Assembly: GCA_963668625.2 (NCBI GenBank)
Contig: CAXXKA010000001.1
Span: 1-64,000, forward strand
Direction: 5' to 3'
Origin: an uncultured candidate division Zixibacteria bacterium
GTDB taxonomy: Bacteria > Zixibacteria > MSB-5A5 > UBA10806 > 4484-95
Length of the DNA: 64,000 nucleotides
Numbering within the stretch: the stretch's first letter is position 1; each line of letters starts with the position of its first letter. This document shows positions 32,050 through 41,922 of this stretch, piece by piece. Both the position numbers and the translations under genes were made by a program. The notes below the pieces were generated by a model. The model saw only the letters and a list, made by a program, of their open reading frames with translations, made no database searches and was not told the origin of the DNA.

Positions 32050-32535
32050 TCAGCTTACCGGCAGTTCAATATCTTTCCAGATATAAGATTTCTGCCCGTT
32101 CTCCTTTTCGAAGAACTCCAGTAGAATATTCCGGCACTCATCCCGCAGTACGCCGGCAATGATAGTCGTCTTGGCCTGCTTCAAATAATCGTATTTTGAA
32201 CCGGCGGCGCCGTTTACCAGGTCTATCTCGCCATATACCACGGTTTTTATTCCGTAGTGAATCATAGCCCCGGAACACATGGCGCAGGGTTCGAGTGTGG
32301 AAAATATGATAATGTCGGAAACATCGTAGCCGTTATCAAGATGCCGGGTCAAATCGTGAAGGCATTCCATTTCGGCGTGACGGGTGATATCGGTTAACTG
32401 GTTTCTACGGTTATGACCTCGGGCGATAATCTGACCATCCCGAACCGCTACAGCACCGATCGGCACCTCACCCTCGGCTAATCCCTGCTGGGCTTCACGA
32501 AGCGCCTCCTGCATAAAACGCTGGTATTCAGACAT
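32050..32535 (-). CDS. TadA-like nucleoside/tRNA adenosine deaminase
   Basis: GEVPIGAV, HAE, TLEPCAMC. Confidence 0.85.
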   Translation of the reverse strand: MSEYQRFMQEALREAQQGLAEGEVPIGAVAVRDGQIIARGHNRRNQLTDITRHAEMECLHDLTRHLDNGYDVSDIIIFSTLEPCAMCSGAMIHYGIKTVVYGEIDLVNGAAGSKYDYLKQAKTTIIAGVLRDECRNILLEFFEKENGQKSYIWKDIELPVS

Positions 32536-32626
32536 AATTTATCCTCGCTTTAAAATGATATATAATATTCCAAGCCCGATGGATAAAATTAGTGGCACAT
32601 GAGCCGAAAGTCAAGCAATTCCTGTT

Positions 32627-33121
32627 TCATTTTATGCTGACATTATACGCGGCAAGTTTATCTTTTACGTAAGAGGTGATGCGCATAGTATGAATCTTCA
32701 AATCATCCTCGAAAGCGAATGTGAATTCCCGGTATTCATCCTCGTATGATTTTACCACCTCGTAAGGTTTCGTCTCTATTTCCGCTTTTTCATAGTCAAG
32801 AATCGCCAGCAGTATTTCCTTATGGTTCATCTGCCCGTCCTGTATCATCTTGATATGAGAGTAGACACGTTCGAGATATGTCTTCAAAAGCTCGATTTTA
32901 AATCTACCGGGAGAATATCTTTTCATATTAGTGGAAACAAATGCGATTAACTGACCTATTTTTCTGGCATGATTGATTTCATCCGCTACCGCCTCAGCCC
33001 AGAAAAAGCGTTCTTCGGGATATTTTTCGGTTAATTCTTGATAAAAAGAGGCAAGGGCCAATTCACAATTTTGTATATGGTAGAGTTCCTCAATAATTTT
33101 TCGTTGGTCCGTTTGAAGCAT
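32627..33121 (-). CDS. Ferritin-like (rubrerythrin-type) hypothetical protein
   Basis: E...Y..L...FW...A.DE..H pattern; start uncertain (33121 or 33142). Confidence 0.55.
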   Translation of the reverse strand: MLQTDQRKIIEELYHIQNCELALASFYQELTEKYPEERFFWAEAVADEINHARKIGQLIAFVSTNMKRYSPGRFKIELLKTYLERVYSHIKMIQDGQMNHKEILLAILDYEKAEIETKPYEVVKSYEDEYREFTFAFEDDLKIHTMRITSYVKDKLAAYNVSIK

Positions 33122-33511
33122 ACAGTAATCCCAATCAATCAAAATTAAAATATAACAATTACCTTATTACTATATCGGAGTTAGAGCTTAACAATTAAGC
33201 GGATATGTATAAAATTTGAATATTGTCTGAAATGTAAATACTACAATTGTTGAAGCGCTTGCCTTTATATGATTTTTCCGAACGTAGAGGCATGAATAAT
33301 CTTTGCCAGGTACGAATCTCGGCTTTTCTTTAAAGTGATGATCAGCATTCAATGCTTGAATTGCCCGATCGCTAGCAGGCTGTAAGAGTATTGTTTTATA
33401 TTGATTGGCGCTCCACCAGAAATGGATTTTTCTTGCGAAAACTAAAGCTTTTATCTATGATTGTGCGTCGAAATTGTTTGAAAATTGAATCATTTTTACA
33501 GGAGCGTATAG

Positions 33512-35482
33512 ATGCCACAGAATCTGATTGAGAAGATAGCTCAGAAGTTCGCCGTTGGCCTTGGCAAGGATCATGTTGTCAGAAGCGGCGACTATTTATC
33601 CATACAGCCGGGGCATGTAATGACGCATGACAACACCGGTGCGGTTATACCTAAATTCGTCAGTATTGGGGCTTTCAAAATCGCCAACCCTCGTCAGGTA
33701 GTGTTCACCCTCGATCACAATGTGCAGGATACCGGGGAGGCTAATCTAAAGAAATATGCCAAGATAGAGGAATTCGCCAAGATGATGGATGTCGATTTCT
33801 ATCCGGCCGGACGAGGTATAGGACATCAGATTATGTGCGAGGAGGGCTACGCCTGGCCCGGCACGATGGCAGTGGCCTCCGACAGCCATTCCAACATGTA
33901 TGGCGGTTTGGGATGTCTGGGCACCCCGGTGGTGCGCACCGATGCCGCGGCTATCTGGGCGACCGGGCGTACCTGGTGGCAGGTTCCGCCGGTGGCAAAA
34001 GTCGAATTGACCGGTAAGCTTAAACCCGGCGTTACGGGCAAGGATGTCATAATAACGCTTTGCGGCTTTTTCAATAAGGATGAGGTTTTGAATCATACGC
34101 TGGAGTTTATCGGGGAGGGCGTAAGCCAGTTGCCGATCGATCAGCGTTTGACTATCGCTAATATGACCACCGAGTGGGGGGCGTTGGCCGGAGTTTTCCC
34201 TATTGATGATATCACATATGAATGGTTGACCCGTCGCGCGGAACTGATTACCAAACGCGGGTTGGCCGGCGTGCCCTCGGACACTGATGGCAAAGGCAAG
34301 CATCCCCGGATGAACGACGAGAGAATCGCCGAGCTAAAAGCCGAAAACTTAATGGCTGACAGCGATGCTTATTACGCCAAGGAGTTAACGCTCGACTTGA
34401 GCACGGTGCAGCCGCATGTATCCGGCCCGAATCATGTGAAGACTATGACCTCGGTTAAAGAGATGAGCGAGCGTAAGCTGCAAATACATAAAGCTTATCT
34501 TGTGTCTTGTGTAAACAGCCGCGTAGATGATCTAGCGCAGGCGGCCGCCCTTGTTAAGGGTAAGAAAGTCGCCGAGGGTGTGGAGTTCTATATCGCCGCC
34601 GCCAGTAACGAGGTACAGGCCGAAAGCGAGCGACGTGGTGACTGGCAGGTTCTGTTGGATTCCGGCGCGATTGCTTTGCCTCCGGGCTGTGGGCCGTGTA
34701 TTGGCCTGGGTAAGGGGCTTCTGAAGGATGGTGAGATAGGTATCTCGGCCACCAATCGCAATTTTAAAGGCCGCATGGGTTCGAAAAGCGCTGAGGCATA
34801 CCTGGCCTCACCGGCGGTCGTGGCTGCCTCAGCCGTTTCGGGGTATATCGACTACCCCGAACTCGAGGATACGATAAATGTCAATGCAACGATTTCAGAG
34901 AAAGCCAAACCCGCAAGCGAGGCGGTATCCGTTAACATCCTTGATGGATTCCCGGAGAGCGTGAGAGGCGAGTTGATTTTCTGCTATCAGGATAACCTGA
35001 ATACCGATGGTATCTATCCCGGTAAATACACTTACCAGGATGATTTCACGCCCGAGCAGCAAGCCTCGGTGGTGATGGAGAACTACGATCCTGAATTCAA
35101 AGATGTTGTCAATGAGGGTGATATAGTCGTAGGTGGATTCAATTTCGGCACCGGTAGCTCGCGCGAACAGGCCGCCACCTCGCTTAAGTATCGCGGTATC
35201 AGGATGGTGATCGCCGGTTCGTTCTCGCAGACATATAAGCGCAACGCCATAAATAACGGTTTTCTGGTAATAGAGGCGCCGGAACTGGTGAAAGATATGA
35301 AAGATAAATTCGGCGCGAACAAGCTGACAGTGAAATCCGGTATATTCGCCGAGGTGAATTTTAAAGAGGCGAAGCTTATCACCGAGGAGAAAGAGTACTC
35401 GCTAGGCGCGGTAGGCGAGGCCGCCCAGGAGCTGATTATAACCGGCGGGCTTGAGAGCTGGGTGAAAGAGAAGCTGAAATAG
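33512..35482 (+). CDS. lysF: Single-chain homoaconitase (aconitase family, fungal Lys4/LysF type)
   Basis: MTHDN, DH, GIGHQIMCEEG, SDSHSNMYG, SCVNSR, GCGPCIGLG, TNRNFKGRMG, fused swivel domain DNLNTDGIYPGKY / GSSREQA. Confidence 0.8.
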   Translation: MPQNLIEKIAQKFAVGLGKDHVVRSGDYLSIQPGHVMTHDNTGAVIPKFVSIGAFKIANPRQVVFTLDHNVQDTGEANLKKYAKIEEFAKMMDVDFYPAGRGIGHQIMCEEGYAWPGTMAVASDSHSNMYGGLGCLGTPVVRTDAAAIWATGRTWWQVPPVAKVELTGKLKPGVTGKDVIITLCGFFNKDEVLNHTLEFIGEGVSQLPIDQRLTIANMTTEWGALAGVFPIDDITYEWLTRRAELITKRGLAGVPSDTDGKGKHPRMNDERIAELKAENLMADSDAYYAKELTLDLSTVQPHVSGPNHVKTMTSVKEMSERKLQIHKAYLVSCVNSRVDDLAQAAALVKGKKVAEGVEFYIAAASNEVQAESERRGDWQVLLDSGAIALPPGCGPCIGLGKGLLKDGEIGISATNRNFKGRMGSKSAEAYLASPAVVAASAVSGYIDYPELEDTINVNATISEKAKPASEAVSVNILDGFPESVRGELIFCYQDNLNTDGIYPGKYTYQDDFTPEQQASVVMENYDPEFKDVVNEGDIVVGGFNFGTGSSREQAATSLKYRGIRMVIAGSFSQTYKRNAINNGFLVIEAPELVKDMKDKFGANKLTVKSGIFAEVNFKEAKLITEEKEYSLGAVGEAAQELIITGGLESWVKEKLK

Positions 35483-35489
35483 GTGACTT

Positions 35490-35694
35490 GCAGGGGCGTT
35501 CGATCGAGCGCCCTATCGTGTTTGGTGTGCGTCCTCGTACACCAACATTCAACGGCAGAATGGTTTCTGATTGGCAGGATGTTAGAAAGACTAATAAACA
35601 TTAGTGGTAGTTCCGCTGGCAGACGGGGACATCCGCCAGCCACAGTAGAGGGAGAGAAGGCACCGTGTTTGGTGTAGGTCCTCGTACACCAACA
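35490..35694. repeat. REP-like palindrome cluster
   Basis: CGTGTTTGGTGT(GC/AG)GTCCTCGTACACCAACA twice (35517, 35664), GCTGGCAGACGGGGACATCCGCCAGC, GGGGCGTTCGATCGAGCGCCC; same families at 37161-37243. Confidence 0.75.
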
Positions 35695-35779
35695 GGAATT
35701 AGCAGTACAGCTCGTGCTAAAACGATTCTTAACATAGGCAACATTAAATCAAATCAGAAAATAAAAAGGAAGAACACAG

Positions 35780-37147
35780 ATGGACAAATCATTCTCCCGT
35801 CAAATAGCGGAATTCTCGGTTAATCTGAAATACGAGGATATCCCGGATAACGTGGTTAACGAGGTTAAACGCTATCTCTACGATTCTGTCGGCTGCGCAT
35901 ACGGCGGCTACAAAACCAGGGATGTCAACATCCTGCGTGATATCTACAAGGAGATGGGCGGTACCGGCCAGGCCACGCTTTTCGGTTTCGGTGATAAAAT
36001 CCCGGCTGTTAACGCTACGCTGGTTAACTCTCTGATGATTCGCGCGCTGGATTTCAACGATATCTACTGGAAAGAGGATCCCTCGCATCCCTCCGATTTG
36101 ATCCCGGCCGCGCTCAACACCGCCGAAATGGTCGGCGCCGACATGAAGGAGGTCATCGTAGCAATCGTGCTGGCCTACGAGTTCGAGCAGCGACTGTGTG
36201 AGTTTGCCGTACCCGGAGTGCGGGAAAGGAAATGGCATCATGCGACATTGACACAGTTCGTCTCGCCGATTGTCGCCGGTAAAATACTCGGACTAAGTGT
36301 CGACCAGATGGTGCATGCTGTCGGTATCAACGGCTCGCATAACCACACGATCGGCTGCCCGACTGCCGGTAAGCTCACCATGATGAAGAACACTGTTGAT
36401 CCGATGGCGGTGCAGTCCGGCGTTTTCGCCGCGTTGATGGCGCAGAAAGGCTACTCCGGTACCGAGGCCGTGTTCGAGGGCAAAGAGGGGCTCATGGATG
36501 TTTTCGGTCCCGATTGGGATGAAAAGAAACTCTTAGGCGATCTTGGCAACCATTACAAGATTTTAGATTGCAGCATGAAAGCGTTTCCCACCGAGGCATT
36601 GACGCACACGCATATAACAGCCACGTTGAAAGCCGTAGTCGACAACGATATCAGTTCCGATCAGATCGAGCAGGTGACAGTTACCACGATCGCGCGCGCT
36701 TGCGATATCCTTTTCGATCAGCATAAGTACCGCCCCGAATCTCGTGAAACCGCCGATCACTCCTTGCCGTACTGTATAGCTGCGGCACTGGTCGATCACC
36801 AGATCACAACCCGGTCGTTCTCCGAGGAGAAGATGAAAGACAAACGTATCTGGGAGGTTATCGATAAGATCAAGGGCGAGGCCTCCGAGGAGTTCGAGAA
36901 GATGTTCCCGGCCAAGCAACCCTCGAAAGTAGTGGTGAAAACCAAAGATGGCAAAGAGTACTCGGAATATCTCGAGTATCCCAAGGGCGACCCGCGTGAG
37001 CCGATGGCAATCGAGGATATCGAGGCCAAGTTCAACGCGCTCTCGGCTGATTTGCTCAGTGGAGACCGTCAGAAAAAGATTAAGGACATGATTTTCGACT
37101 GCCAGGAAATGAAAGCGAATGATTTCATGGCCGCGCTGGTTGTGTAA
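35780..37147 (+). CDS. MmgE/PrpD family dehydratase
   Basis: RALDFND, HPSD, GKL..MK, VFEGKEG, ETADHSLPY, PKGDP. Confidence 0.9.
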   Translation: MDKSFSRQIAEFSVNLKYEDIPDNVVNEVKRYLYDSVGCAYGGYKTRDVNILRDIYKEMGGTGQATLFGFGDKIPAVNATLVNSLMIRALDFNDIYWKEDPSHPSDLIPAALNTAEMVGADMKEVIVAIVLAYEFEQRLCEFAVPGVRERKWHHATLTQFVSPIVAGKILGLSVDQMVHAVGINGSHNHTIGCPTAGKLTMMKNTVDPMAVQSGVFAALMAQKGYSGTEAVFEGKEGLMDVFGPDWDEKKLLGDLGNHYKILDCSMKAFPTEALTHTHITATLKAVVDNDISSDQIEQVTVTTIARACDILFDQHKYRPESRETADHSLPYCIAAALVDHQITTRSFSEEKMKDKRIWEVIDKIKGEASEEFEKMFPAKQPSKVVVKTKDGKEYSEYLEYPKGDPREPMAIEDIEAKFNALSADLLSGDRQKKIKDMIFDCQEMKANDFMAALVV

Positions 37148-37160
37148 ATACCAATCCAAC

Positions 37161-37243
37161 TCGTGTGGTTAGGGTACGTCCTCGTACCCCAACGTGTATG
37201 CCTGCAAACGAAAGCTGGCAGACTGGGACATCCGCCGGCCACA
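37161..37243. repeat. REP-like palindrome doublet
   Basis: GGTTAGGGTACGTCCTCGTACCCCAAC and GCTGGCAGACTGGGACATCCGCCGGCCACA, matching the 35517-35694 families. Confidence 0.7.
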
Positions 37244-37343
37244 AGTACGTATTAGAATGAGCGGAATAACATCCTGACGCGATTTATAAATAGTCCGCGT
37301 GATTGGAAGATTTCCTGATTACGTAGATACACAGCAAAGGAAC

Positions 37344-37859
37344 ATGCAATTGATAATCAGGCAAGAAAATGAAAATGATTACGACCGAATCTACGAACTG
37401 GTTAAAACAGCGTTCGAGACCGCCCGGGTTTCCAATGGCAAAGAGCAGGAGCTGGTTAACGAATTACGCGGCAGTGATAAATATATCCCAGAGCTGGCCC
37501 TGGTAGCTGAGGATAACAGCGGAATAATCGGTCATATCCTGATAACGAGGACTTTTATAGTTGAGGGCGACAACAAGTTCGAGGGGCTTTACCTGGCGCC
37601 GGTTTCGGTCAAGCTGGAAAATCGTAAACAGGGGGTTGGCTCGAGGCTGATAAAGGAGAGTTTCAGAATCGCTAAGGATATGGGATACTCATCGGTGTTC
37701 CTGGTTGGCTATCCAGCGTACTATCAGCGATTCGGTTTTAAATCTCTATCATCATTTGGAATAAAATACAAGCTTCCTATCCCCGAGGAAAACGCCCTGG
37801 GCTGCGAGTTAGTCCCCGATGCCTTAAGCGGCGTGAAAGGAACTATCGACAGCTTTTAG
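37344..37859 (+). CDS. GNAT family acetyltransferase (YhbS-like)
   Basis: LALVAE..GIIGHI, LAPVSV...RKQGVGSRL, VG.PAYYQRFGF. Confidence 0.88.
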   Translation: MQLIIRQENENDYDRIYELVKTAFETARVSNGKEQELVNELRGSDKYIPELALVAEDNSGIIGHILITRTFIVEGDNKFEGLYLAPVSVKLENRKQGVGSRLIKESFRIAKDMGYSSVFLVGYPAYYQRFGFKSLSSFGIKYKLPIPEENALGCELVPDALSGVKGTIDSF

Positions 37860-38039
37860 CTAAATGAAAATATTGTCAGGATGGCAGGTTCACTATCTTG
37901 ATGCTCCTGCGACCACTATATTTTTATCCCGATAGATATGCCTCTTAATCACGATTGCTATTTTCTACATTTATCATTATTATACCCAACCACTATTTTA
38001 TTTAGTAGCGATTATTGTAAGCAAAAAAGGATAACAACA

Positions 38040-38891
38040 GTGAAAAATAACGCTGGATCAAGTTTCAATAAAAATATTGCAATACTGGGTGGGGGCAATA
38101 TCGGTCAGGCTTTAGCCTCTGGATTCGTAGGCTCCGGGAAATATAAATCCTCGCAAATATATATTACCAGGCGGCAGTATAAATTACTGGCAGGTTACAA
38201 AAAGCGGGGATACGATGTTAGCGGTGATAATATCAAAGCCGTGGAATCGTGCAAGACCATAATTATAGCTGTTCAGCCGGGGCAATTAGTAAATTTGATT
38301 AAGTCTATCAGAGAGCATATTAAACCGGGCAAGCATATCGTGATGTCGGCGGTTACCGGTGTCGAGATCGAGAGTATCAAGAATTATTTCGAAAGCAAAG
38401 TCCCGGTGGTCAGGATTATGCCGAATACGGCCGTGGCTATCGGAGAATCCATGACCTGTATCGCCGCCGACGGAAATCGCAATTCCAAAGTTCTCGAGCA
38501 TACCCAGTCTATTTTGGATAACCTGGGGGAAACCGTGATAATCAAGGAGGAGCAAATGACCTCCGCCACGGCGTTATGTGCCTGCGGTGTGGCGTTTTTC
38601 CTGCGCTCGATCAGGGCCGCCTCTCAGGGCGGAATCCAGATTGGCTTTGCCGCCGAGGATGCTTTGAAGATGGCGGCACAAACCGCGCGCGGGGCGGCAT
38701 CCCTGCTACAGAGGCCCTCGATTCATCCCGAATCGGAAATCGATAAGGTTACAACTCCTAAAGGATGCACTATCGCGGGGCTTAATAGGATGGAGTTCGC
38801 CGGTTTTTCCTCGGCTATGATTCAGGGGTACGTAACCGCCGCCGAGATAGCCGATTCGTTGTTCAAGCAGAATAATAACTGTAACGAGTAG
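38040..38891 (+). CDS. proC: Pyrroline-5-carboxylate reductase
   Basis: ILGGGNIG, RIMPNTA, IDKVTTPKGCTIAGL. Confidence 0.93.
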   Translation: MKNNAGSSFNKNIAILGGGNIGQALASGFVGSGKYKSSQIYITRRQYKLLAGYKKRGYDVSGDNIKAVESCKTIIIAVQPGQLVNLIKSIREHIKPGKHIVMSAVTGVEIESIKNYFESKVPVVRIMPNTAVAIGESMTCIAADGNRNSKVLEHTQSILDNLGETVIIKEEQMTSATALCACGVAFFLRSIRAASQGGIQIGFAAEDALKMAAQTARGAASLLQRPSIHPESEIDKVTTPKGCTIAGLNRMEFAGFSSAMIQGYVTAAEIADSLFKQNNNCNE

Positions 38892-39138
38892 AAAATTAAA
38901 ACTACCAAGCAGGCCTGCGGCGATACTGATAGGCTCATCCTGAACCTGATATATCATAGTGGCATTTGATCGAATCGGATTACTCAGTGTTATTCGGCTG
39001 TTATTTTGAGTATAGCTTATATTGAATCATTCTTACCAATAAAGAATCACAAGTGTCCGGCGTATTTAAATAAATATTTCTGTTTAGCTAAGCATTACTA
39101 AAGAAAGAGATTTTTACGATAGAGTTATAGACTTTTCG

Positions 39139-39264
39139 TGTCAGGATGTCGCTTCGCTTTCATCCTGATACATGTACATACGTAAGTTGCGGCTATATAG
39201 TATCACCATTATACCTCAGGATGGAAGGTACGACATCCTGAGGCGCACTTTAACCAGAGATCGG
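39139..39264. repeat. GTCAGGATG...CATCCTGA palindrome doublet
   Basis: Two adjacent palindromes; the second is the inverted copy of 29666-29720. Confidence 0.7.
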
Positions 39265-39673
39265 ACACCAGTGAAAGAATATAAATAATTCTTGACACGA
39301 TAGCCCCGGCTATTATATAAAAACACGAATTTAGAATAACCCAACAACAGGTAGTACTCATTAGTATCGATTTCCTGAGCTTACGGATAGTTTATCGTAG
39401 TTGGCGAAGGTCGTTTGAAAGCATATTCCAGTTCGGTTAGGTAGTATGCGATAATCGCTTAAAAGGTAGGGCGAAAGAGAATTAAATCAAAACCGCCATA
39501 ACAAATCTCATCCGTGTTAGTGTTAAACAGCGGGGGCGGATCGGTTTCGACAATATCATAATTTCAACCCGTATATTATTTTCATCACGCTGAACACGCA
39601 TTAACCTCATAGGGAATTATAGTCGATTTGGAACATGGCATGTTATGAACCATTTATAAACTTAGGAGGTGCA

Positions 39674-40252
39674 ATGAAGAAATTCAGGACTATCTTCATG
39701 GCCGTTGTTGTCTTCCTGTTGGCATCATATGGACAATGCCCGAACATTCAGGATATCGGCCTGGTCGATTTGCCGGAGGTAGAACAGGAAAAAACCAACT
39801 GGTGCTGGGCGGCGTCCATGACCGCCGTTCTTGATGTCTATGGTACGACCGTTACGCAGTGTCAACTCGCCAATTGGCTTTTTTCTAGGAACGATTGCTG
39901 TAATGCCGGCGCTTGCAACAGCGGCACATCCCCCGAACAACAGCAGGATATACTGGATCATTGGGGATTAACCAGTACCCTGGTTTACAGCTCTCTTACC
40001 TGGAACCAGCTTAAAACGGAGATTAAAGCCGGTCGGCCGATCAGTATTGGTTTCAGCTGGTGTGGCGGAGGCGGCCATTCGCTGGTCATTTATGGTTTCA
40101 GCGAGGTTAAAAACGGCTCGGTGACTTACAACGTATCCTATATGGATCCCTGGTTTGGTGAAGGATACACTGTTGCCGAGTACGATTGGGTGGTTGGCGG
40201 CTGTCCCGGTGATCACGACTGGTATAGATCGATTTACAACATTCACGATTAA
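39674..40252 (+). CDS. Secreted papain-like cysteine protease (C39-like)
   Basis: Q..TNWCWAAS, GGGHSLVI.G, YMDPW; AGGAGG RBS. Confidence 0.85.
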   Translation: MKKFRTIFMAVVVFLLASYGQCPNIQDIGLVDLPEVEQEKTNWCWAASMTAVLDVYGTTVTQCQLANWLFSRNDCCNAGACNSGTSPEQQQDILDHWGLTSTLVYSSLTWNQLKTEIKAGRPISIGFSWCGGGGHSLVIYGFSEVKNGSVTYNVSYMDPWFGEGYTVAEYDWVVGGCPGDHDWYRSIYNIHD

Positions 40253-40269
40253 AGAGGGAGATAAAAGCT

Positions 40270-40956
40270 ATGAAAATAAAATATCTATCACTAACCATTG
40301 CCCTGACCATGTTTTTTACCTTGCTAACAGGCGCCGCATACAGTCAGGATGATGCGATGAAAGAAGCTGCTTTGAACCGATTAAGCCTGTGGCAGAAAAC
40401 GTTCACCGAACAACAGGCTAAGCAACTTGGTTTTGCCAGTCTGGATGATTTCAAAAAAGCCGAACTGGGAGAGCCGTTCAAGCTTTATACGATTACGCCT
40501 GATGCCATAACGGGCTTTCAGGAGGGGGCAGAGTTCGGAAGAATTATTACCGATACGGATTACTTTGTTTATCCGGTAATGACTGCCGGCAGTAATAAAG
40601 CGCTTTTGTGGGTGATGAAAAAAGAAGGGGCCTGGCATGTTGCTCGAATCGGCAGCGCTGATTTAGCGAAAACTATCCGCAAAGTAAAGAGTACTGTCGA
40701 AAGCGCGAAATCCGAGCGCGGGCTGGAAGGCGCTGCGCCGCCGAAATTCGTGAGGGTTTATCAATTGTATCTCGATTTTTTCTATATGAGCGGTTCACAG
40801 GGTGAGTATATCCTGCCGATGTACAATATTCCCAATCTGAATATCGAGGGTAACAAATTTTATAACCCGGCAGAATTTATTCCGCAACTGAAAGAGCAAT
40901 TGAAACTGAAAATGCCCGAGGAAAGAGAATCAAGCGAGAAAAATATCGAGGGCTAA
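40270..40956 (+). CDS. Secreted hypothetical protein co-transcribed with the protease
   Basis: Signal peptide, GGAG RBS, 17 nt after the protease. Confidence 0.7.
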   Translation: MKIKYLSLTIALTMFFTLLTGAAYSQDDAMKEAALNRLSLWQKTFTEQQAKQLGFASLDDFKKAELGEPFKLYTITPDAITGFQEGAEFGRIITDTDYFVYPVMTAGSNKALLWVMKKEGAWHVARIGSADLAKTIRKVKSTVESAKSERGLEGAAPPKFVRVYQLYLDFFYMSGSQGEYILPMYNIPNLNIEGNKFYNPAEFIPQLKEQLKLKMPEERESSEKNIEG

Positions 40957-41113
40957 AAAATCATGTAGAAAGGTTACCGATTCCGTGCTTTTACTTTTTG
41001 CGATATAGCTTGAGATTTTTGTTGCCGGTGTATATCTCCGTATAATAATATCAAGAGATGCTGTAAGGAATAATGTATTTTAATATGCGGGGATAGCCGC
41101 CGGCAACGTTGCT

Positions 41114-41653
41114 ATGAAATCAAAGATACTGGCCAGATCAAAAAGAGTACATATCCGCGTACCCTGTCAGGGGGATGTCTCGGAGTATATAGAGGAAGTT
41201 AATAAAAGCCGTAAATTCCTCTATCCCTGGATCGATATCAAAGCCGATAAGAGCTATTTCAGAAAATATCTCAAACGATTGAAATCTAATAATGAGGGGT
41301 ATTTCATTTGTTCTAATGATGATGACACGATTAAAGGAGTGGTCAATCTCAACGAGATCGTGTCGGGTATTTTCAGAAGCGCCTATCTCGGCTACTACAT
41401 TTTCGAGCCATACGCCGGGCAAGGTTACATGAGCGAGGGGATGCGGCTTGTAATCAATCATTCCTTCAAGAACCTCAAGCTTCACCGGCTGGAGGCTAAC
41501 ATACAGCCTGAAAACATCGATTCGATAAAGCTGGTTAAGCGATTGGGATTTGCTAAAGAAGGCTATTCACCGCGCTATCTTAAAATCGCGGGTAGATGGC
41601 GTGACCACGAACGCTGGGCGATTTTGAAAGAGAACTGGAAACCACGAGGTTGA
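41114..41653 (+). CDS. RimJ/RimL family GNAT acetyltransferase
   Basis: SAYLGY, GQGYMSEG, LHRLEANIQPEN..S, WRDHERWA. Confidence 0.9.
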   Translation: MKSKILARSKRVHIRVPCQGDVSEYIEEVNKSRKFLYPWIDIKADKSYFRKYLKRLKSNNEGYFICSNDDDTIKGVVNLNEIVSGIFRSAYLGYYIFEPYAGQGYMSEGMRLVINHSFKNLKLHRLEANIQPENIDSIKLVKRLGFAKEGYSPRYLKIAGRWRDHERWAILKENWKPRG

Positions 41654-41922
41654 ACGCAACATGCTCTCTCATTACGATGCGCTGTTTCGTGACGATGTCT
41701 CCGTTCAGCAGAATGTATTATCCTAATCCTGTCGGCTAGGCTCCAGGGCGGCGGGATTCTTGAAAAAGTCATCATTGATGTCATTGCGAGGTAGTGAAAC
41801 GGGCAATCCTAGTGTAGCATTAACCGGTTATTCCAACAACCCATAATTATCCCTTGAATTTTCCCCTCGCTGAGGTTAATATCATATTAAAGAATAAGGG
41901 CTTATTAAAGGGAGTATCAACA

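Noticed and set aside
35517-35694. Two ~31-bp direct repeats as a mini-CRISPR
   Set aside because: Spacing is ~147 bp with other palindromes in between, and the same family recurs at 37161; this fits REP doublets.
37179-37191. TCCTCGTACCCCA identical to the tRNA-Gln 3' end (44553-44565) as an att site
   Set aside because: It is part of a REP-family palindrome, lies on the chromosomal side, and the interval contains core genes such as gltX and proC; likely coincidence.
39290-39670. Riboswitch in the long leader of the protease gene
   Set aside because: No recognisable riboswitch consensus or convincing stems by eye.
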